DNA from: Schmidtea polychroa
Taxonomy: Eukaryota
Assembly: GCA_044892525.1 (NCBI GenBank)
Contig: CM097885.1
Location: 62,001 to 126,000, forward strand
DNA length: 64,000 nt
Direction of reading: 5' to 3'
Each line of letters begins with the position of its first letter. Within the stretch, counting starts at the first letter, position 1. Below are positions 34,926-50,071 of this stretch, piece by piece. A model generated the notes under the pieces. The model was not told the DNA's origin and searched no databases. It saw nothing but the letters and a program-made list of their open reading frames with translations. Position numbers and translations under genes: made by a program.

Positions 34926-37900
34926 AGTAGATAGTAGATAGTAGCCTACGGGAACAATTACCCCCCCCCGGGGGGGGGAGGGTTTGTTCCCAAATTTTTA
35001 TTACGCAATTGTTCCCAACTCATTTTTTTGCTTTCAGGGATTTTGGTCCAAATTTTTTTTTTATCACACTATAGTGAAGGGGTCTCGATGGTCCTGGGAT
35101 TTTCAATACAAAAAATTTTTTTCAATACAAAAATCCGACTATCAATAAAAAAGCATAGAATTTTCAGACTATAGTGAGGGGGTCTCGATGGTCCTGGGAT
35201 TTTCAATACAAAAAATTTTTTTCAATACAAAAATCCGACTATCAATAAAAAAGCATAGAATTTTCAGACTATAGTGAGGGGGTCTCGATGGTCCTGGGAT
35301 TTTCAATACAAAAATCCGACTACCACTAAAAAAGCATGGAATTTTTCACACTATAGTGAGGGGGTCTCGATGGTCCTGGGATTTTCAATACAAAAATCCG
35401 ACTATCACTAAAAAAGCATGGAATTTTTCACACTATAGTGAGGTGAGTCTCCTTGGTCCTGAGAAATAGGTGGTCTACACTAAAAAAGCATGGTAATTTA
35501 AGGTCTCAGGATATTTTCAATACAAAAAGCTGGTCTACACTAAAAAAGCATGGTAATTTAAGGTCTCAGGATATTTTCAATACAAAAATCCGACTATCAC
35601 TAAAAAAGCATGGATTTTTCTAGGTCAATTAAGGTGGGTCTCCTTGGTCCTGAGAATTTCAATAGACAAAGGTGGTCTACACTAAAAAACGTGGTAAATT
35701 TTTTAAAATTACAGTAAATTATGGGTCTAAAAATTGAATTACAGTAAATTATGGACTAAGATTTTTAAATTACAGTAAATTATGGTCCAAATTTTTCAAT
35801 TAAAGTAAATTATGGTTCAAATTTTTCAAATAAGGTAATTATGGTCCTAAAAAATTAAATAACAGTAAATTATGGCTCAAATTTTTAAATTAAATTAAAT
35901 AATGGTTCTAAAAAATTAAATTAAAGTAAATTATGGCTCAAATTTTCAAATAAGGTAATAATGGTCCTAAAAAATTAAATTACAGTAAATAATGGTTCTA
36001 AAAATTAAATTAAAGTAAATTATGGTTCTAAAATATTAAATTACAGTAAATTATGGTCCAGATTTTTCAATTAAAGTAAATAATGGTCCAAATTTTTGAA
36101 TTAAAGTAAATTTAAGTTCTTAAAAATTAAATTACAGTAAATAATGGTCCAAATTTTTAAATTAAGTAATCAATGGTAAAAAATTTTAAATAAGTAAATT
36201 AAAGTAATAATTTTTAAATAAGTAAATTAAAGTAATGTAATAAGTAAATTAAAGTAAGATTTTAAAATTTATTAACAAAAAGTTGAAGGTGTTTGAGAAT
36301 TGAAATTTTTTAATGGAAATTTTTATGAAATATTTTTTTAAGTAATTTTTAATGGAAATTTTTATGAAATATTTTTTTAGGTAATTTTTAATGGAAATTT
36401 TTATGAAATATTTTTTTAGGTAATTTTTAATGGAAATTTTTATGAAATAATTTTTTAAGTAATTTTTAATGGAAATTTTTATGAAATATTTTTCAATGAT
36501 AATTTTAGATGGAAACTTTTATGAAATATTTTTCAATGATAATTTTAGATGGAAATTTTTAAGATAATTTTTAATGAAAATTTTTATGAAATATTTTTCA
36601 AAGACAAATTTTAATAATAATTCAACAACAAACCAACAACTTAGTACCAACAACCAGTAACTTATGAACATGTATTAACAACCAGATACCTACAACTAGT
36701 TACTAACAACCAGTTACCTGATACCAGATACCTACAACTAGATACCTACAACTAGTTACCTGATACCAACTACTAACAACCACCTACCCATTAACTAGCT
36801 ACAACCAGCTAACAACTAGACACCACGTACTAAATAACTCTCAAACAACCAAGTACTTACAACTAATTACCAGATACCAAGTACTATCAACCAGCTTACA
36901 ACCTGATACCAACAACTAACAACCAACTACCAAGTACTTACAACTAGATACTAACAACCAGTTACCTGATACCAAGTACCTACAATTAGATACCACGTAC
37001 TAAAAAACTCTCATATAACCAAGTACCTACAACTAATTACCAGATACCAAGTACTATCTACCAGCTAACAACCTGATACCAACTACTCACAACCAGATAA
37101 CAACTAACAACCAGATACCAAGTACTTACAACTAGTTACTAACAACTAGCTACCAACTACTAAGTACTAACAACCAACATAAACCAGGTACTAAGCATTA
37201 TCAACCAAGTACTAACAACTAGATACCTAGTTACTAACAACCCGCTAACAACTAACAACTAGATACCAAGTACCAGTAAATTACGAACATGTATTAACAA
37301 CCAGATACCTACAACTAGTTACCTGATAGCAACCAACTAGCTTCCAACTACTAAGTACCTACAACCAACATCAACCAGGTACTAAGCATTAATTACCAAC
37401 TACTAAGTACCTACAACCAACTAACAACCACCTACCAAGTACTAAGCATTATCAACCAACTACTAAGTACCTACAACCAACTAGCTACCACCTACAACTA
37501 GATACTAACAACCAGTTACCAACTACTAAGCATTAATTACCTACAACTAGTTACTAACAACTAGATACCAAGTACATACAACCAGACACTAAGCATTATC
37601 AACCAAGTACTAACAACCAAGTACAAGATACCTAGTACTGTCAACTAGATACCAAACACTTACAACCAGATGACCACATGAAATTATTGGTTAAATATGA
37701 AAATAAGGGTTATAATTAGTTGTTTAGTAAATTATGGTGTAAAATTAAGTAATAAAGCATAAATAGGTAAATTAAGGATAAGTAAATTAAAGTTAAAAAA
37801 TTAAATTAAAGTTAATTAAGGTCCAAATTTTAAAAATAAGTAATCAATATTCTAAAAAATTAAATTAAAGTTAAATAAGTAAATTAAAGTAATAATTTTT

Positions 37901-38011
37901 AAATAAGTAATGTAATAAGTAAATTAAAGTAAGATTTTTAATTTTATTATCAAAAGATTGAATAACCACCAACTTTTTTGAGAAATGTAATTTATAATGA
38001 AAATTTAAATG

Positions 38012-38065
<54 letters not shown>

Positions 38066-41000
38066 TAATAATAATTCAACAGTTACCAACAATCGGTTAC
38101 TGATTATTTTTTAACTAGGTGCTAACAAATACTTACAACTAGATACCACGTACTAACTAACTCTCAAACAACCAGATACTTACAACTAACTACTAAATAT
38201 TCTTCACTGTATTTTATGAAATGCTTTTTAAATTAATATTTTTTATACAGCTTCTATAATAATTTTAATTACAATCAGTAGAAAAACCTTTTCAAAATGT
38301 CTAAATTTAACAAAAATGTTGATTTTCATCAAAAAACCACAACTCAACCACTTTAAAACACCACGTGGAATTCAAAATAATTACAATGAAAGACTAATGA
38401 ATTCTAATTTACAAAACATTCTTCTTTTAAATGATAACTACTGACTTATTATTGCAAAGTAAAAATCACATTCAATAAATACTTATTATTGATCAGTTTT
38501 ATTATATATACTCTGAGTTTATCCGACAGGATGTTTTGACCCCCTAAGGGTACAGGTCGTAAGGGTATTAGTCGTAAGGGTACTGGTCGTAAAGGTACTA
38601 GTTGTAGGGGTATTGGTAACACTTAACCACAACCTACCCATTAACTAGCTACTAAGTACTAACCACTAGGTTTCAAACAACAACTACTAACAACCACCAT
38701 CAAAACCCATCGAGAAATTAACAAATATCAACCTACAACTATATAACAATCAGTAAACAACACTGTACCAACTACCAAATACAAGAAACCAACAACTTAG
38801 TACCAACAATCAACTAACAACACATAAAAATAATAGCAATTAAATACAAAATATTCTTCATCGCATACACTATTTTCTTATCAAAATCTAAAAAGTCAAT
38901 CAGATACCAACTACCAAGTACCAAGTACTAACAACCAACTACCTAGAACCAACAACTATGTACTAACAAATTGATCTTTAAAAGCAAATACTCTTCACTT
39001 GAAAAATTGGATGAAAAATTATTTGAACTCAAGGCATCAATAACTTGGTAAAAATTGATTAAATAATTGTAAAAATTTAAATTATTCAAAATAAATATCA
39101 TAAAAATTTAATTAATGGACAAGAAAAAATTCTAATCATCCAATAAATAAAAAAAAATGCTGATCATTCAAGTTGAATCAACTAAGATAATAAATTAATA
39201 AGATAAGATCTAGTAGATAATTGATTAAGATTGAATAAATTAATTTAAATAAAATTAAATTTAATTATTTTTGTAAAAGTAATACATGTACTCAAATTGA
39301 TTGACTGATTTCTCAATATATTCAAAAAAAATCAGTATAAATTCATTACAATTATCAAAGTCAGCAATCTACAATAAAAATAATTATCATAAAATTCCAA
39401 AAGAGACTAGATAACTAATGATAACATCTAATAAACCAGTAAATTTATTTAAATGACAATAATTGGTATATCCTAGTGAATTCTCCAATTTCTCATTTCC
39501 TCCCAAATATATCAATATGTAAAGATTAGTATTGTAATGATAAATACTTGTTAAAGATCATATATTTACCTCAAACTAACAAGATTCCTTAAAATCCCTT
39601 AAATGACTATATTTCTACCCTTAATTCATATTATTACAAATATTTCACTAAAATCATCTAAAAAGCATCAAATTTCCCTGAAATAACTCTATCTTTTAAG
39701 ATTGATATTTTAATGATAAGTACTTGTTAAAGATCATATATTCCCCTCAGACTAATAAGATTGCTTAAACTCCCCTTTAAATGACTATAATTCTAACTTT
39801 AATTCCTATTATCATACATGTTTCACTATTGATAAAACCGGTTATAATTAACTTTTTGTTAATCACTGTACTCGAAATTTAAAATAAATATAACTGACTA
39901 GGTCCCATTAAAAGATTAAATTTATCCATTCAATAAAATATATTTCTTCAAATGATCATTTTTACCAATATTCAACCGATTTAATTACTAATTAAAATCA
40001 AGATTTCTTCCAATAAAGATCAATTTTATTTAGTCGATGTTTTAAGTCCATATTTCTAAACTTTTGTCATTCTCCGCCTAAATAAAGATAAAAATAAATT
40101 AAAGTTGATATCAATCCCAATTATCTGTAAAGATTTCATTGTCAAAACCAAGTAAATCGATCATTATCCCTACTTAATAAAACATTGTTCTAAATTAATT
40201 TACTGTGCATTAATCACAACCTAATAAAACGATATAATTATTATTGATTCATAACTGACTAATGTATTGCAATTTCCTTAAAAAACATTGATATTTTACC
40301 AACATCACCCTTAAAAAATCATATATTCCCATCGAAACCCTTCCCTCATTAAAAGCAACCGACTATATCTCCCTTACAATAATATATTCCCATCTTAACC
40401 CATCTCACATTAAATCTAACCGACTATATCCCCTTAAAAGATCATATTTTCCCCATCTTAACCGATCTCTCATTAAATCTAACCAACAATATCCCATCTT
40501 AACCGATCTCTCATTAAATCTAACCGACTATATCCCTTTAAAAATCATATATTCCCATCTCTCATTAAATCTAATCGATAATATCCCATCTTATCCGATC
40601 TCTCAGCAAATATTTCTACCCTTTTAAACATCTATCCGATTATATCCCTTAATTTCCCTAAAGATTCCACCCACTTGAACCCTTTAATATATATCAATAC
40701 TCTTAATATCCTTAGAGAACTTCAAAAAGTATGAATTTTCATAAATTGTTAAAGACACCAGGCATTCTTCCATTGAAATAATTTAGAAGCTAAATAATAA
40801 GAGCCCACTAAAAGATCAAAATTTACTAAAATTTTCTACAAATATTTACCATCAAATACTGGAGATGATATATATTGATTGATCATAATTCTTCATCGAT
40901 TCAACCAATCATTTTCAAGCAATAACAGCAAACTAAATTTCTGTATATCCTACAATAATTATCAAGTAAATTTAAAGTCATTGATAAATATTCTTAGAAA

Positions 41001-44000
41001 ATTATTGAAAAAAATTATCTAGTCAAATATATTACAAAGTTATCATCAAAAATTTATTCTATCACTTAATTATTAACCTAATTGTCAATGAAATTAATTT
41101 TTATTTAAAAACTATTCAATAAAATACCACTAATTATCAAGAAATTAACTAAATTTATCAATTAAATTTATCACCATTAAAACTTTTAATCAGTCAACAT
41201 GAAATTCTTAGAAAATTATTCAATATCCTCATAAAAATTTATCCTATCACTTGATTATTGTACAAACTTTAATTATTAACCTCATTAAAATAAATTTTTA
41301 TTTAAAATTAAAAATACATCCAATTATCAAGAAATTAATTAAATTTATCTTAGAACTAACTTTAAATTATTAAATATTCATTCAATAAACATGAAATTTG
41401 CAAAAATGTTAGAAATCCATGAAAATGATAGATATCTACAAAAATTACGCATATTCACAAAAAATTACGGAAATTCATGAAAATAATGGAAATTCACAAA
41501 ATTCATAAAAATTCACAAAAATGATAGAAATTCACAAGAATGATAAAAATCCACAAAAAATTCATAAAAATTCACAAAAATTATAGAAATTTACTTGAAT
41601 ATTTACTAAAACCATCAACTCTAAAAATTATCAATGAATGCCTTAAACATCAAATTTGCCTAAATAATCATTCAAATAAAAGCATTAAATGATCAGTACC
41701 CTTGCGACATGTTGAATGTGAGTAGTACCCTTGTGAGCAATACCCATAGGGGGACAGAATATTTTGTCGGATAAACTCAGAGTATATATTAATTAACTCA
41801 TTCTTCATTGAATCAGTAAAATTATCATAAATTTCGATAAAAATTCTAAAGTGGTAAGCAATGTAAAGAGAAATATTCTTTAAACTTTGATAAAATTAAC
41901 AATGAAGGTGGTAAGAATCTTCATTAAAGTGAGGAAATTACTCGATGATAAATTCAAATGGGTGAAAATAATTGGTAGAATAATTCATTAATGGATCATT
42001 GAATGGGCATAGATAAGAAGAAAGTTGATAAGAATGGAAATATATTAATTGAATTTATTTAAAATTCATAAAAACTTTTAAAACAAATATTTGTGGGGAA
42101 GTGAATAATTAATCAAAATCGGCGAAATATAATTGATTAAATATCCGGAGTGGGGGGGGGGTCATAAGTGAATAATTAATGGAAAATTGAGGGGATACAA
42201 ATGATTAAAAAGTGGAAAATCGATGGATATTAGTGATTAATTAGTGAAAAATAGAGAATTGGTGGAATATAAGTGGAGAGGATATGTAATTTAAACTAGT
42301 TTATTACATAACAAGCCGTGACTATTTTATTACATAACAAGCTGTGAATGATATTTTATTGAGAATTATTGATTAGGTTTTTTTTTTTTAATGTTTGAAT
42401 AAGTACTTTAATACCTTAATAATTTAAATGTTTTGATTTACACTAAATAATTTCTAAATCAATTACCCTTTTCAATCAAAATAGGTTAATATTCAAATAT
42501 AAGTCTTCGAAAATATAAATTTTATAAGTAAAGCTTTTTAAATAAATTTAAATAACAAATTAATCTATTACCAGTTACATAATTTTAAACTTTTTTATGG
42601 AATAAGACAAAAATTTTGTTGTATAAGTCCTTTAATATTGTAATAATTATTTATTAATAAATTTATTATTTTACGTTAAATATTTCAAAAACAATTATCA
42701 TATTATTAATTATATTACCCTTTTTAATCAAAATAAGATAAATATTCAAATAGATGACTTTTATAAAATACAATTAAAATTAAATACTTTACACTAAATT
42801 TAAAAATATAAATTTTATAAGTAAATGTAAATAAGAAATTAGTGTATTAGCTGTTATAGACTTTTTAAACTTATTGATTAGGCAGTAGAAAGTTACTTTT
42901 TTTTTTCAAAAAGTCCTTTAATATTGTATTCTATTTATTATTAAATTTACTATTTTACACTAAAAAATTTCAATTTAGAAAACAAACATCATAATATGAA
43001 ACTTCAATCAAAATAAGCTAATACTCAAATATATGTCTTATAAAATACAATCAAAATTAAATACTTCACAAAATTAAAGTAAAGTTTTTTTAATTCTCAG
43101 ATAAATGTTAACAAGATATTAATTTATTTTTCATTATAGACTTTTTATACTTATTATTGGTATTAAACAATAGAATGATATTGAAAATATATACAATTTA
43201 AAAATACAATTAAAATTAAAATTATATACTAGGTAAAATGTTGGTAAAATATCATTCACAGCTTGTTATGTAATAAAATAGTCACGGCTTGTTATGTAAT
43301 AAACTAGTTTAAATTACATATCCTCTCCACTTATATTCCACCAATTCTCTATTTTTCACTAATTAATCACTAATATCCATCGATTTTCCACTATTTAATC
43401 ATTTGTATCCCCTCAATTTTCCATTAATTATTCACTTATGACCCCCCCCCCCACTCCGGATATTTAATCAATTATATTTCGCCGATTTTGATTAATTATT
43501 CACTTCCCCACAAATATTTGTTTTAAAAGTTTTTATGAATTTTAAATAAATTCAATTAATATATTTCCATTCTTATCAACTTTCTTCTTATCTATGCCCA
43601 TTCAATGATCCATTAATGAATTATTCTACCAATTATTTTCACCCATTTGAATTTATCATCGAGTAATTTCCTCACTTTAATGAAGATTCTTACCACCTTC
43701 ATTGTTAATTTTATCAAAGTTTAAAGAATATTTCTCTTTACATTGCTTACCACTTTAGAATTTTTATCGAAATTTATGATAATTTTACTGATTCAATGAA
43801 GAATGAGTTAATTAATATATACTCTGAGTTTATCCGACAAAATATTCTGTCCCCCTATGGGTATTGCTCACAAGGGTACTACTCACATTCAACATGTCGC
43901 AAGGGTACTGATCATTTAATGCTTTTATTTGAATGATTATTTAGGCAAATTTGATGTTTAAGGCATTCATTGATAATTTTTAGAGTTGATGGTTTTAGTA

Positions 44001-47000
44001 AATATTCAAGTAAATTTCTATAATTTTTGTGAATTTTTATGAATTTTTTGTGGATTTTTATCATTCTTGTGAATTTCTATCATTTTTGTGAATTTTTATG
44101 AATTTTGTGAATTTCCATTATTTTCATGAATTTCCGTAATTTTTTGTGAATATGCGTAATTTTTGTAGATATCTATCATTTTCATGGATTTCTAACATTT
44201 TTGCAAATTTCATGTTTATTGAATGAATATTTAATAATTTAAAGTTAGTTCTAAGATAAATTTAATTAATTTCTTGATAATTGGATGTATTTTTAATTTT
44301 AAATAAAAATTTATTTTAATGAGGTTAATAATTAAAGTTTGTACAATAATCAAGTGATAGGATAAATTTTTATGAGGATATTGAATAATTTTCTAAGAAT
44401 TTCATGTTGACTGATTAAAAGTTTTAATGGTGATAAATTTAATTGATAAATTTAGTTAATTTCTTGATAATTAGTGGTATTTTATTGAATAGTTTTTAAA
44501 TAAAAATTAATTTCATTGACAATTAGGTTAATAATTAAGTGATAGAATAAATTTTTGATGATAACTTTGTAATATATTTGACTAGATAATTTTTTTCAAT
44601 AATTTTCTAAGAATATTTATCAATGACTTTAAATTTACTTGATAATTATTGTAGGATATACAGAAATTTAGTTTGCTGTTATTGCTTGAAAATGATTGGT
44701 TGAATCGATGAAGAATTATGATCAATCAATATATATCATCTCCAGTATTTGATGGTAAATATTTGTAGAAAATTTTAGTAAATTTTGATCTTTTAGTGGG
44801 CTCTTATTATTTAGCTTCTAAATTATTTCAATGGAAGAATGCCTGGTGTCTTTAACAATTTATGAAAATTCATACTTTTTGAAGTTCTCTAAGGATATTA
44901 AGAATATTGATATATATTAAAGGGTTCAAGTGGGTGGAATCTTTAGGGAAATTAAGGGATATAATCGGATAGATGTTTAAAAGGGTAGAAATATTTGCTG
45001 AGAGATCGGATAAGATGGGATATTATCGATTAGATTTAATGAGAGATGGGAATATATGATTTTTAAAGGGATATAGTCGGTTAGATTTAATGAGAGATCG
45101 GTTAAGATGGGATATTGTTGGTTAGATTTAATGAGAGATCGGTTAAGATGGGGAAAATATGATCTTTTAAGGGGATATAGTCGGTTAGATTTAATGTGAG
45201 ATGGGTTAAGATGGGAATATATTATTGTAAGGGAGATATAGTCGGTTGCTTTTAATGAGGGAAGGGTTTCGATGGGAATATATGATTTTTTAAGGGTGAT
45301 GTTGGTAAAATATCAATGTTTTTTAAGGAAATTGCAATACATTAGTCAGTTATGAATCAATAATAATTATATCGTTTTATTAGGTTGTGATTAATGCACA
45401 GTAAATTAATTTAGAACAATGTTTTATTAAGTAGGGATAATGATCGATTTACTTGGTTTTGACAATGAAATTTTTACAGATAATTGGGATTGATATCAAC
45501 CTTAATTTATTTTTATCTTTATTTAGGCGGAGAATGACAAAAGTTTAGAAATATGGACTTAAAACATCGACTAAATAAAATTGATCTTTATTGGAAGAAA
45601 TCTTGATTTTAATTAGTAATTAAATCGGTTGAATATTGGTAAAAATGATCATTTGAAGAAATATATTTTATTGAATGGATAAATTTAATCTTTTAATGGG
45701 ACCTAGTCAGTTATATTTATTTTAAATTTCGAGTACAGTGATTAACAAAAAGTTAATTATAACCGGTTTTATCAATAGTGAAACATGTATGATAATAGGA
45801 ATTAAAGTTAGAATTATAGTCATTTAAAGGGGAGTTTAAGCAATCTTATTAGTCTGAGGGGAATATATGATCTTTAACAAGTACTTATCATTAAAATATC
45901 AATCTTAAAAGATAGAGTTATTTCAGGGAAATTTGATGCTTTTTAGATGATTTTAGTGAAATATTTGTAATAATATGAATTAAGGGTAGAAATATAGTCA
46001 TTTAAGGGATTTTAAGGAATCTTGTTAGTTTGAGGTAAATATATGATCTTTAACAAGTATTTATCATTACAATACTAATCTTTACATATTGATATATTTG
46101 GGAGGAAATGAGAAATTGGAGAATTCACTAGGATATACCAATTATTGTCATTTAAATAAATTTACTGGTTTATTAGATGTTATCATTAGTTATCTAGTCT
46201 CTTTTGGAATTTTATGATAATTATTTTTATTGTAGATTGCTGACTTTGATAATTGTAATGAATTTATACTGATTTTTTTTGAATATATTGAGAAATCAGT
46301 CAATCAATTTGAGTACATGTATTACTTTTACAAAAATAATTAAATTTAATTTTATTTAAATTAATTTATTCAATCTTAATCAATTATCTACTAGATCTTA
46401 TCTTATTAATTTATTATCTTAGTTGATTCAACTTGAATGATCAGCATTTTTTTTTATTTATTGGATGATTAGAATTTTTTCTTGTCCATTAATTAAATTT
46501 TTATGATATTTATTTTGAATAATTTAAATTTTTACAATTATTTAATCAATTTTTACCAAGTTATTGATGCCTTGAGTTCAAATAATTTTTCATCCAATTT
46601 TTCAAGTGAAGAGTATTTGCTTTTAAAGATCAATTTGTTAGTACATAGTTGTTGGTTCTAGGTAGTTGGTTGTTAGTACTTGGTACTTGGTAGTTGGTAT
46701 CTGATTGACTTTTTAGATTTTGATAAGAAAATAGTGTATGCGATGAAGAATATTTTGTATTTAATTGCTATTATTTTTATGTGTTGTTAGTTGATTGTTG
46801 GTACTAAGTTGTTGGTTTCTTGTATTTGGTAGTTGGTACAGTGTTGTTTACTGATTGTTATATAGTTGTAGGTTGATATTTGTTAATTTCTCGATGGGTT
46901 TTGATGGTGGTTGTTAGTAGTTGTTGTTTGAAATCTAGTGGTTAGTACTTAGTAGCTAGTTAATGGGTAGGTTGTGGTTAAGTGTTACCAATACCCCTAC

Positions 47001-47538
47001 GACTAGTACCTTTACGACCAGTACCCTTACGACTAATACCCTTACGACCTGTACCCTTAGGGGGTCAAAACATCCTGTCGGATAAACTCAGAGTATATAT
47101 AATAAAACTGATCAATAATAAGTATTTATTGAATGTGATTTTTACTTTGCAATAATAAGTCAGTAGTTATCATTTAAAAGAAGAATGTTTTGTAAATTAG
47201 AATTCATTAGTCTTTCATTGTAATTATTTTGAATTCCACGTGGTGTTTTAAAGTGGTTGAGTTGTGGTTTTTTGATGAAAATCAACATTTTTGTTAAATT
47301 TAGACATTTTGAAAAGGTTTTTCTACTGATTGTAATTAAAATTATTATAGAAGCTGTATAAAAAATATTAATTTAAAAAGCATTTCATAAAATACAGTGA
47401 AGAATATTTAGTAGTTAGTTGTAAGTATCTGGTTGTTTGAGAGTTAGTTAGTACGTGGTATCTAGTTGTAAGTATTTGTTAGCACCTAGTTAAAAAATAA
47501 TCAGTAACCGATTGTTGGTAACTGTTGAATTATTATTA

Positions 47539-47574
<36 letters not shown>

Positions 47575-50071
47575 CATTTGTTAGTAACTAGTTGTAGGTA
47601 TCTGGTTGTTAATACATGTTCGTAATTTACTGGTACTTGGTATCTAGTTGTTAGTTGTTAGCGGGTTGTTAGTAACTAGGTATCTAGTTGTTAGTACTTG
47701 GTTGATAATGCTTAGTACCTGGTTGATGTTGGTTGTTAGTACTTAGTAGTTGGTAGCTAGTTGTTAGTAACTAGTTGTAAGTACTTGGTATCTGGTTGTT
47801 AGTTGTTATCTGGTTGTGAGTAGTTGGTATCAGGTTGTTAGCTGGTTGATAGTACTTGGTATCTGGTAATTAGTTGTAGGTACTTGGTTGTTTGAGAGTT
47901 TTTTAGTACGTGGTATCTAGTTGTAGGTACTTGGTATCAGGTAACTGGTTGTTAGTATCTAGTTGTAAGTACTTGGTAGTTGGTTGTTAGTTGTTGGTAT
48001 CAGGTTGTAAGCTGGTTGATAGTACTTGGTATCTGGTTGTTAGTTGTTAGCGGGTTGTTAGTAACTAGGTATCTAGTTGTTAGTACTTGGTTGATAATGC
48101 TTAGTACCTGGTTGATGTTGGTTGTTAGTACATAGTAGTTGGTAGCTAGTTGTTAGTAACTAGTTGTAAGTACTTGGTATCTGGTTGTTAGTTGTTATCT
48201 GGTTGTGAGTAGTTGGTATCAGGTTGTTAGCTGGTTGATAGTACTTGGTATCTGGTAATTAGTTGTAGGTACTTGGTTGTTTGAGAGTTATTTAGTACGT
48301 GGTATCTAGTTGTAGGTACTTGGTATCAGGTAACTGGTTGTTAGTATCTAGTTGTAAGTACTTGGTAGTTTGTTGTTAGTTGTTGGTATCAGGTTGTAAG
48401 CTGGTTGATAGTACTTGGTATCTGGTAATTAGTTGTAAGTACTTGGTTGTTTGAGAGTTATTTAGTACGTGTTATCTAGTTGTTAGCTGGTTGTAGCTAG
48501 TTAATGGGTAGGTGGTTGTTAGTAGTTGGTATCAGGTAACTAGTTGTAGGTATCTAGTTGTAGGTATCTGGTATCAGGTAACTGGTTGTTAGTAACTAGT
48601 TATAGGTATCTGGTTGTTAATACATGTTCATAAGTTACTGGTTGTTGGTACTAAGTTGTTGGTTTGTTGTTGAATTATTATTAAAATTTGTCTTTGAAAA
48701 ATATTTCATAAAAATTTTCATTAAAAATTATCTTAAAAATTTCCATCTAAAATTATCATTGAAAAATATTTCATAAAAATTTCCATCTAAAATTATCATT
48801 GAAAAATATTTCATAAAAATTTCCATTAAAAATTACTTAAAAAATTATTTCATAAAAATTTCCATTAAAAATTACCTAAAAAAATATTTCATAAAAATTT
48901 CCATTAAAAATTACCTAAAAAAATATTTCATAAAAATTTCCATTAAAAATTACTTAAAAAAATATTTCATAAAAATTTCCATTAAAAAATTTCAATTCTC
49001 AAACACCTTCAACTTTTTGTTAATAAATTTTAAAATCTTACTTTAATTTACTTATTACATTACTTTAATTTACTTATTTAAAAATTATTACTTTAATTTA
49101 CTTATTTAAAATTTTTTACCATTGATTACTTAATTTAAAAATTTGGACCATTATTTACTGTAATTTAATTTTTAAGAACTTAAATTTACTTTAATTCAAA
49201 AATTTGGACCATTATTTACTTTAATTGAAAAATCTGGACCATAATTTACTGTAATTTAATATTTTAGAACCATAATTTACTTTAATTTAATTTTTAGAAC
49301 CATTATTTACTGTAATTTAATTTTTTAGGACCATTATTACCTTATTTGAAAATTTGAGCCATAATTTACTTTAATTTAATTTTTTAGAACCATTATTTAC
49401 TTTAATTTAAAAATTTGAGCCATAATTTACTGTAATTTAATTTTTTAGGACCATAATTACCTTATTTGAAAAATTTGAACCATAATTTACTTTAATTGAA
49501 AAATTTGGACCATAATTTACTGTAATTTAAAAATCTTAGTCCATAATTTACTGTAATTCAATTTTTAGACCCATAATTTACTGTAATTTTAAAAAATTTA
49601 CCACGTTTTTTAGTGTAGACCACCTTTTTCTATTGAAATTCTCAGGACCAAGGAGACCCACCTTAATTGACCTAGAAAAATCCATGCTTTTTTAGTGATA
49701 GTCGGATTTTTGTATTGAAAATCCCAGGACCATCGAGACCCCCTCACTATAGTGTGAAAAATTCCATGCTTTTTTAGTGGTAGTCGGATTTTTGTATTGA
49801 AAATCCCAGGACCATCGAGACCCCCTCACTATAGTCTGAAAATTCTATGCTTTTTTATTGATAGTCGGATTTTTGTATTGAAAAAAATTTTTTGTATTGA
49901 AAATCCCAGGACCATCGAGACCCCCTCACTATAGTGTGATAAAAAAAAAATTTGGACCAAAAATCCCTGAAAGCAAAAAAATGAGTTGGGAACAATTGCG
50001 TAATAAAAATTTGGGAACAAACCCCCCCCCGGGGGGGGGTAATTGTTCCCGTAGGCTACTATCTACCTACT
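34926..50071. mobile_element. Foldback element B, copy 2: non-coding, arms 34926-42358 and 43245-50071, 886-bp AT-rich spacer
   Basis: AGTAG.../...CTACT ends. The arms are reverse complements, with deletions in the right arm near 47578 and 49722. No credible ORF. Confidence 0.9.

Noticed and set aside
6848..50071. All palindromes being pure assembly artefacts
   Set aside because: The arms carry independent substitutions and indels and the breakpoints coincide with element termini and TSDs. This cannot be fully excluded without reads.
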